A DNA stretch of 63,201 nucleotides, the filler included, from Aduncisulcus paluster (lineage: Eukaryota): assembly GCA_024181965.1 (NCBI GenBank). It is 6 parts of 6 records of this genome, joined end to end, with 100 filler letters (N's around TTAATTAATTAA, not from the genome) between each part and the next. Parts side by side here need not be neighbours in the genome. Positions count along the whole stretch, not along the records: positions 57,796 to 63,201 come from BQXS01009707.1; 5 more parts are not named here. One strand, given 5' to 3'. Under the pieces are notes generated by a model. That model was not told where the DNA came from and did not search any database. It saw only the letters and a list, made by a program, of their open reading frames with translations. The translations under genes were made by a program, and so were the position numbers. Of the stretch, positions 60,286-63,201 are shown piece after piece (position 1 is the first letter of the stretch; the number at the start of each line of letters is the position of its first letter).

Positions 60286-60561
60286 GGTATTGTTCCAATT
60301 GACACGAAAACAAGGAATTTTGTTGGTGCTGAAAAAACCAATTTGTGGAGGTGAGGAATCTGCACACACAAAATAATAAAGGGGGGGCAAAACATCTTGA
60401 AAAAGTCACCATCATCCTCGAAATTCGAGAAGAACTTCGGCTAAGAACGAGCTAACTCACATAATAAAAACAAATTTTAAAATTGCGTGTTTACTTGTAA
60501 ACGAGCAGACTAATATGATAAACAGATATTAAAACGTGAAATTACACAATGTCGCATAAGT

Positions 60562-62202
60562 TTAGCTTGACTCTTCCATGAATTCTTGCCTGATAAACTC
60601 AACTAATCTATCGACATCATTCTTTGTGGATGCAAATCCGAAGCTGACTCGTACACTGCCGAGAGGCATCCCGTTAACCATGTCAATGTCATCCCCACAG
60701 CTTTCTTTCTCTGCAGCCATCTCACACACAAGCGTCTCATCGAGTCCTAACAAAGAGTAACAGGCACCAGGATTGCATACCATTCCTGTACGTAGATGGA
60801 TTCGATGCTGGGCTGATTTTTCCTGGACAGTGTAATAACCAACGAAAGATCCATCAGGACGGTGAACACTGAGACTCAAAATGCCACCTTGAACACCATA
60901 TTCCCCATTGATCCATTGTTTTTCATGGTTACCATAAATTTCAACGACATTGTTACCATTCTCATGCTTCAGAGAAGAAAGCCTCTCAAAAGCATACTGA
61001 GTGACAGCAGAAACATGCTGTTCAATGTTTTCAATACCCCCAAGGGTTTCATTAATCAGTTTAAATCCCTCTTTGAGAGCTATAATATTCAAAAACCCCA
61101 CAGTTCCATCTTCCAAACGATCACTGGGACGTGGTTTCTCCTGACAAAAATCTTCACGACAGCCAACAATGCTGACTGACCCACCGCCAAAGTAAGGTTT
61201 TTGTAGACGCTCGGCAACATCATGACGAACTAGAAGAGCTCCAAGACCAGTGGGGAATCCAAACATCTTATAAAACGACATTACAACGAAATCAGCAGGA
61301 GTAAGGGAGAGATCGAGACGATTTGTGGGCACAAAAGCGGCAGCATCGAGAGCAACGAACCATTCCCCATCAGAGCGGTCAATACCATCGTATTGGGCCA
61401 GCTTAGCATTCAAAGCAGCACCCATATCTCCCCGTTTAATCTCATTAATCCAGTCTAGAGGGTATTTGATGCCAGAGAAGTTACATTCAGCTGGGAAAGC
61501 AAACAAATGAGCAGGGTTTTCGCCTTTATCACCCCATGTCCAAGTATTGCCAGAAAACCCAGAGAATCCACCGAAATCCCCACCAAAAGGATCAACTTCT
61601 TCAGTATTAATCTGCACAGAGTCTTGGTATTCAGATAAGATTTCCTCGAGCTCAGATTGTTCAAATGCCTTGAATATTCCACCCGCACGCTTAGCATACT
61701 TCCTCATTCCCAGTACACTGTTATGATTATGTGTTGTGTACACGAAAGCACTCTCCTCAGTCCAAGGGAAGTACTCTCCAATCATTTTAAGGCCTTGGGT
61801 GGCACCACTCGTGAAAACAACAGAATATTCGGAGGAAGATGTATTAAAGAAAGATAATATGAGATCACGGGCCTCATTAACCTCCTTTTCAGTTCGAATA
61901 GAGCACGGGGCACGAGAGTGGGCATTACAATAAAGATTGCTTTGCAAAAGGGAATAAAACGCATCAATTTGAGCTTGAGTATATAATCCACTTCCGGTAT
62001 AATCTAAATAAGTCTCATTGTTAAGATGAGGCATCTCTTTTTCACGCAACTCATCAATATAGCCATCATAGCCATAATCAAAAGTAATACCCTCATCAAT
62101 CGAACTACAATAGGCCAATGAGATGATTAATGCCGAAAAGAATAAAAAATTTAGAAGAATAACACACGTGGAGACATTTTTGAAAGATTGGGAAAATAAC
62201 AT
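60562..62202 (-). CDS. Molybdenum cofactor sulfurase-like PLP enzyme (class V aminotransferase fold), no MOSC domain, N-terminal signal/anchor
   Basis: YLDYTG, FTSGAT, NHNSVLG, FPAECNFSG, LDAA, SFYKMFGFPTGLG (PLP Lys), RTGMVCNPGAC, VRVSFG. Confidence 0.88.
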   Translation of the reverse strand: MLFSQSFKNVSTCVILLNFLFFSALIISLAYCSSIDEGITFDYGYDGYIDELREKEMPHLNNETYLDYTGSGLYTQAQIDAFYSLLQSNLYCNAHSRAPCSIRTEKEVNEARDLILSFFNTSSSEYSVVFTSGATQGLKMIGEYFPWTEESAFVYTTHNHNSVLGMRKYAKRAGGIFKAFEQSELEEILSEYQDSVQINTEEVDPFGGDFGGFSGFSGNTWTWGDKGENPAHLFAFPAECNFSGIKYPLDWINEIKRGDMGAALNAKLAQYDGIDRSDGEWFVALDAAAFVPTNRLDLSLTPADFVVMSFYKMFGFPTGLGALLVRHDVAERLQKPYFGGGSVSIVGCREDFCQEKPRPSDRLEDGTVGFLNIIALKEGFKLINETLGGIENIEQHVSAVTQYAFERLSSLKHENGNNVVEIYGNHEKQWINGEYGVQGGILSLSVHRPDGSFVGYYTVQEKSAQHRIHLRTGMVCNPGACYSLLGLDETLVCEMAAEKESCGDDIDMVNGMPLGSVRVSFGFASTKNDVDRLVEFIRQEFMEESS

Positions 62203-62751
62203 GGTATATATTCGTGAGTACTATTTCAAACGAATTGAAGGTGATAAAAAAATCAAAAATCCAATTCCAATTTGTTATGTTACTGGAACAAAACTGGTTT
62301 CCCTGCAATATTTGGAACCGAGAAGATAAATCTCTCGTCAGAATTGATTTGAGTTGAATACAGAAATTATAAATACAGAAACATAAATAATTAATCCAAT
62401 CTAATAAAATAAAAATGTGTCTTTATTTAAAATATGTCACATCCCGTTTCTAGACCAAATCGCTTTTTGTCGTGAATCTATTTATTAAAGCAAATTTCAT
62501 ATTTTGAATTTTTTATATTGAGAATTAATACTCAGCTTTTCATTCACAAAAAGGCAATATATGCTATACATGAAATCTTAGGGTCGAAATTCAGTAAAAT
62601 TGAATATGATGCATAATATTTTAGATACAATTGATAATATTCAAATAAATTTTATATGCAATAACTTTTCCACGTAAAATAGTAATTTTATGCACATCTA
62701 AGATTTCCCGCATTATCATCTACCTTTTTCCGACTATTTAAGTGTTGCAAC

Positions 62752-63201
62752 ATGCCGCAACCCCGCAAAAAACTCGAATACGAGAAGAAATCGTTATCTG
62801 AACATATTCTTTTACGTCCAGATACGTATATTGGATCCATTGAGCCTTCAACCGAAATGCAATTTGTCATGGACAGTAGTTGGAACCTAATTCGAAAGAG
62901 CGTGACAATTGTTCCTGGTCTTTTGAAGATTTTTGATGAGATATTAGTGAATGCTTCCGATAATAAGCAGAGAGATCCCAATATGGGTAAGATAGAAGTT
63001 GAAATCAATGAAGAGGAAGGATATATCACTGTGAAGAATGATGGACGTGGTGTTCCTGTTGAAATCCATGAAGTAGAAGGAATTTATACACCAGAGCTTG
63101 TTTTTGGACATCTTCTTACTGGTAATAATTTTGATGACACTGCCGAGAAGGTTGTAGGAGGTAGAAACGGTTATGGTGCCAAACTTACGAATTTATTTAG
63201 C
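62752..63201 (+). CDS. TOP2: DNA topoisomerase II, N-terminal GHKL ATPase domain; runs off the window (not in the ORF track)
   Basis: EHILLRPDTYIGS, PGLLKIFDEILVNASDN, NDGRGVPV, PELVFGHLLT, GGRNGYGAKLTN. Confidence 0.96.
   Translation, partial: MPQPRKKLEYEKKSLSEHILLRPDTYIGSIEPSTEMQFVMDSSWNLIRKSVTIVPGLLKIFDEILVNASDNKQRDPNMGKIEVEINEEEGYITVKNDGRGVPVEIHEVEGIYTPELVFGHLLTGNNFDDTAEKVVGGRNGYGAKLTNLFS

Noticed and set aside
62688-63029. 113-aa minus-strand ORF
   Set aside because: Antisense shadow of TOP2.

Overview
Gene-dense, intron-poor, AT-rich eukaryotic DNA using the standard genetic code. By my recognition (not a search), the repeat-kinase family and GTATGT..AG introns resemble a fornicate/metamonad protist such as Aduncisulcus. 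The window is not one locus: six scaffolds are joined by five synthetic 100-nt N-TTAATTAATTAA-N linkers. Eight 20-N gaps carry duplicated flanks that artificially split several genes. Recognisable genes: RRM protein, NOB1, long-chain acyl-CoA synthetase, a multi-exon repeat-domain kinase, LRRC51-like, ELP2-like, bromodomain-ET protein, high-MW thioredoxin reductase, Gpc1, a Rab-like/SAH protein, Vps39-like, SAM, SLC35F-like, DUF1963/YwqG-like, 6PGD, SMI1/KNR4, a MOCOS-like sulfurase, TOP2 and a non-LTR retroelement end. The top signal is the TrxR, which ends TGC-TGA-GGT-TAA (Cys-Sec-Gly). I found no canonical eukaryotic SECIS, but a strong hairpin begins directly after the UGA, in bacterial-SECIS/SRE-like geometry. 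About 170 nt after the TrxR stop lies an unidentified ~260-nt multi-helix structured-RNA candidate.
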